A DNA stretch of 64,000 nucleotides. It comes from Phoronis australis. Lineage: Eukaryota; Animalia; Phoronida. The position numbers and the translations under genes are program-made. The stretch lies in contig NMRA01000336.1 in NCBI GenBank assembly GCA_002633005.1, forward strand, positions 397,312-461,311. The letters run 5' to 3'. Positions within the stretch are counted from its first letter, which is position 1; each line of letters opens with the position of its first letter. The notes under the pieces are model-generated. The model saw nothing but the letters and a program-made list of their open reading frames with translations, ran no database searches and was not told where the DNA came from. Below are positions 61,740-64,000 of the stretch, one piece after another.

Positions 61740-63542
61740 CGCAGTAGTAAAGAATGTATTTTGTGATCAATCTACTTCTGGAAAGGTCAGTTAAGAGCTG
61801 GGTAGGTGCGAGCAAAGGACATTGGAATGTCACACATACAGACAATTGACCAGCTTGACAAACTTAATGGTCTCAGCACATTTACTCACTTTGGAGCATT
61901 CGGAATACTTAATTGTCATAAGAAATACAGTTGTGTGGAAAGGTATGACTGGCATAGCAGCAGTGAAGAAAAGGAAGGTTGATGTCTGGCAGATGTGTGG
62001 CGCTGTGGGTAAATCTATCACAGAGTGGCATTTTAATATTTGGGAGGGTGCTACTGAAAGGATCTCTTCTAGTCAAAACGTGGGCAAATTTTGCAACATG
62101 ATCTCTGTGTTAGTTTTTTTTTCTCTTTTTCTTCGTTGTAGTGTGATGAATTTTGCTTGTAGCTGCTTGTTTTGGTGCTCAATAGTATATTTACAACAAA
62201 GTAAAAAGCAGTATTTTCCCAAATAAGGTTAAGATTGAGAATGTTCTGTCTTCTGAAAAAGGCTAAAATTTAGTTGATGATCCCTGAGTTAATATTGACA
62301 ATAAAGTTATAGTAAGTATTCACTTGTCATTTTCCTAGCACCAGCTGGAGCGAGCATCTTCTAGAGATTACCCTGCCATGGCCTTCTTGTATTGGCCACA
62401 TTGATTTGAAGTTCTTGCTGCACCCACTCTGCACAGATCGACCTCACACAGAGGTCACCTTGCTTAGGCAAAACGTGGGCAAGATCGGTCGCAAGGTCTC
62501 CAGCCACCAGCACTGCAACAGCAGCAGTAATGGTAACGACGCAATTTCTGAGGATGTTACTGACAATGATAACAATATCGCTAGTCTAAAACAGGGGACT
62601 TCCACACTGGACATTGCAGCTGCGGCACAGCAGGCATTTTACTCGGACGTCAACAATGTGTCGGAGCCAGAGTTCCTGGCATAGCACAATGTGAAGATCC
62701 TGTACGGTCTGCTAGACTTGATGTCACAGGTTGACCTGTCTGGTCAGAGTGGACTGGTCACCTTGCTGAAAACCATGTCTAGGTCATTTTTGATCCACAT
62801 CAAGGCTCTGTTGATGGAAAAGGAACAAGAAAAGGTGAGTGTGACTATGGTGAACTCGCGTGCAGCAGCAGCTTGGCATTTTATTCAAAAATTTATGGTA
62901 TGCAGCAATTTGAGTGTGTTCATTTCTATTGTGACCAGCCGAAAGACATTCATGTGCATTTCACTTAAACAATAGGTGATGTGTGGTTTTTGTTTTTGTG
63001 AATTCTACTCTTCTATTTTGTTAATTAATTTCAGGATGGGGACCACTTGAAACCCTCACAATAATGTAGTATTTTCATTAGAATGCATGGCGTGTTTAAA
63101 TCAATCTTTAACGTTCATAAAGCTCAATTATACATCACCATAAAATTGCCTATTATTCCCCTAATGCAACGTAAAGTCATGTAACAAGTTTGCTTCGCCA
63201 ACTTCAAACAACCATTATGATCCACCTGACTTGTAGGAGACTAAACCCAAACGGAGAAACCTGTAGACAAATCAAAAGCCTCGGCTACGTCATCCAAGGT
63301 TGTGATCAAGTCTAATTCTCCGAATTCACCGTATCTGGAGTCTCTCTACACAGGGGCAGGGATCAAAAGGCCATCAGTGGGCCAAGAGGTCTCATCTCTC
63401 CCTCGCCAGAAGCTGGAGGATATCCGAGGCTGTGATTGGCTTTATGAAGTCTCTGGGACAATACTTAAGCCGCGTAAGACATCAGCACCTACCAACAGCA
63501 ATAGGTAAGTGGAGAAGGACGGTGAAGTGTGTGTGTTGATAA

Positions 63543-64000
63543 TTATGCGCCCATATATTTATATGTGGACGCATTATGCTGTCATCTCCGTCCGTCCGTA
63601 CGGGCGGCGTCCGTCCGGCGTCTGGCGTCCGGCGTCCGCTGCTCTATCTCCAAAACCCTTTGACATATGTTCATGAAATTTGACACATATGTTTCATTCA
63701 TGAATGGGACGGCATGTGCGAACTTTCGGACGGATCCGACAACTGGTGTGCCCCCTAGTGGCAATTTAATTTTTTACGCTTACCTTTGTATCTTCAAAAG
63801 TCCTGAACGGATTTTCATGAAATTTGGTATGTAGGCACTTATTAGTGAGATGACGCTATCCTCCCGTTTTCAGATGGATTCGACATAGTTTGCGCCACCT
63901 AGTGGCCATTTTTAGTGTTTTCGAGTGTGTTTTTGTGCGTCAACCCCTCTATCAACCAAACCGCTCAAAGGATGATTGTGAAAATTGGCATGTATATGCT
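63543..64000 (+). mobile_element. HINE/DINE-1-like element 5' end, running off the window
   Basis: TTATGCGCCCATATATTTATATGTGGACGCATTATG stem, then (GTCC/GGCGTCC)n microsatellite, then the repeat unit shared with 13875 and 53690. Confidence 0.72.

Larger units (their letters stand above)
56143..63504 (+). pseudogene. BIRC6: BIRC6 pseudogene block 2 (end of the N-terminal beta-propeller and the following region). Exons ~56143-56445, 59538-59711, ~60648-60891, 62339-62834, 63237-63504
   Basis: Peptides: AVTTNAGFIRIY..DTYVSLT*CN|GVDRLCAATDLDKLHFLQIG; PPCWYEIQQEQQQQRHPQHLQQQGELL*HTRTWKLQQD; SWSEHLLEITLP..IGHIDLKF; DLSGQSGLVTL..RSFLIHIKA; IRGCDWLYEVS. Stops at 56436, 60761, 60857, 62682 and 63264, plus frameshifts. 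Confidence 0.92.

Noticed and set aside
42037-63504. Functional BIRC6 through stop-codon reassignment, readthrough or trans-splicing
   Set aside because: The stops are both TAA and TAG and replace different residues (W, Y, Q), frameshifts co-occur, and conserved residues are degraded. Ordinary pseudogene decay explains this better.

Overview
AT-rich, intron-containing animal genomic DNA, probably from a marine invertebrate, with two assembly gaps (13049-13874, 47154-47598). It is not prokaryotic, and most short ORFs in the track are spurious. Only one gene looks intact: the first three coding exons of an FBXL20/FBXL2-type F-box/LRR gene on the minus strand (ATG at 24098; the gene continues off the left edge). 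From about 42.0 to 63.5 kb the plus strand carries 13 BIRC6 (Bruce/Apollon) exons with GT-AG splice signals but many stops and frameshifts. They form two blocks in swapped order: the mid-protein block comes first and the N-terminal block second. The rest is dense, nested transposon debris, and many termini and target-site duplications (TSDs) are still readable. It includes a Tx1/L1-like LINE, TTAA Kolobok-type non-autonomous elements with mixed ends and THAP starts, a pogo-like element, a Penelope-like element with hammerhead remnants plus a separate fold-back, and a hAT-like element with a 5-bp TSD in two inverted copies. It also includes a decayed KolobokP-like DDE transposase, two EnSpm-like 2-bp-TSD elements, a Hero-like RLE tail, a CR1/L2-group LINE, two solo LTRs and HINE/DINE-like elements. 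Protein-family calls come from remembered motifs, not from database searches.
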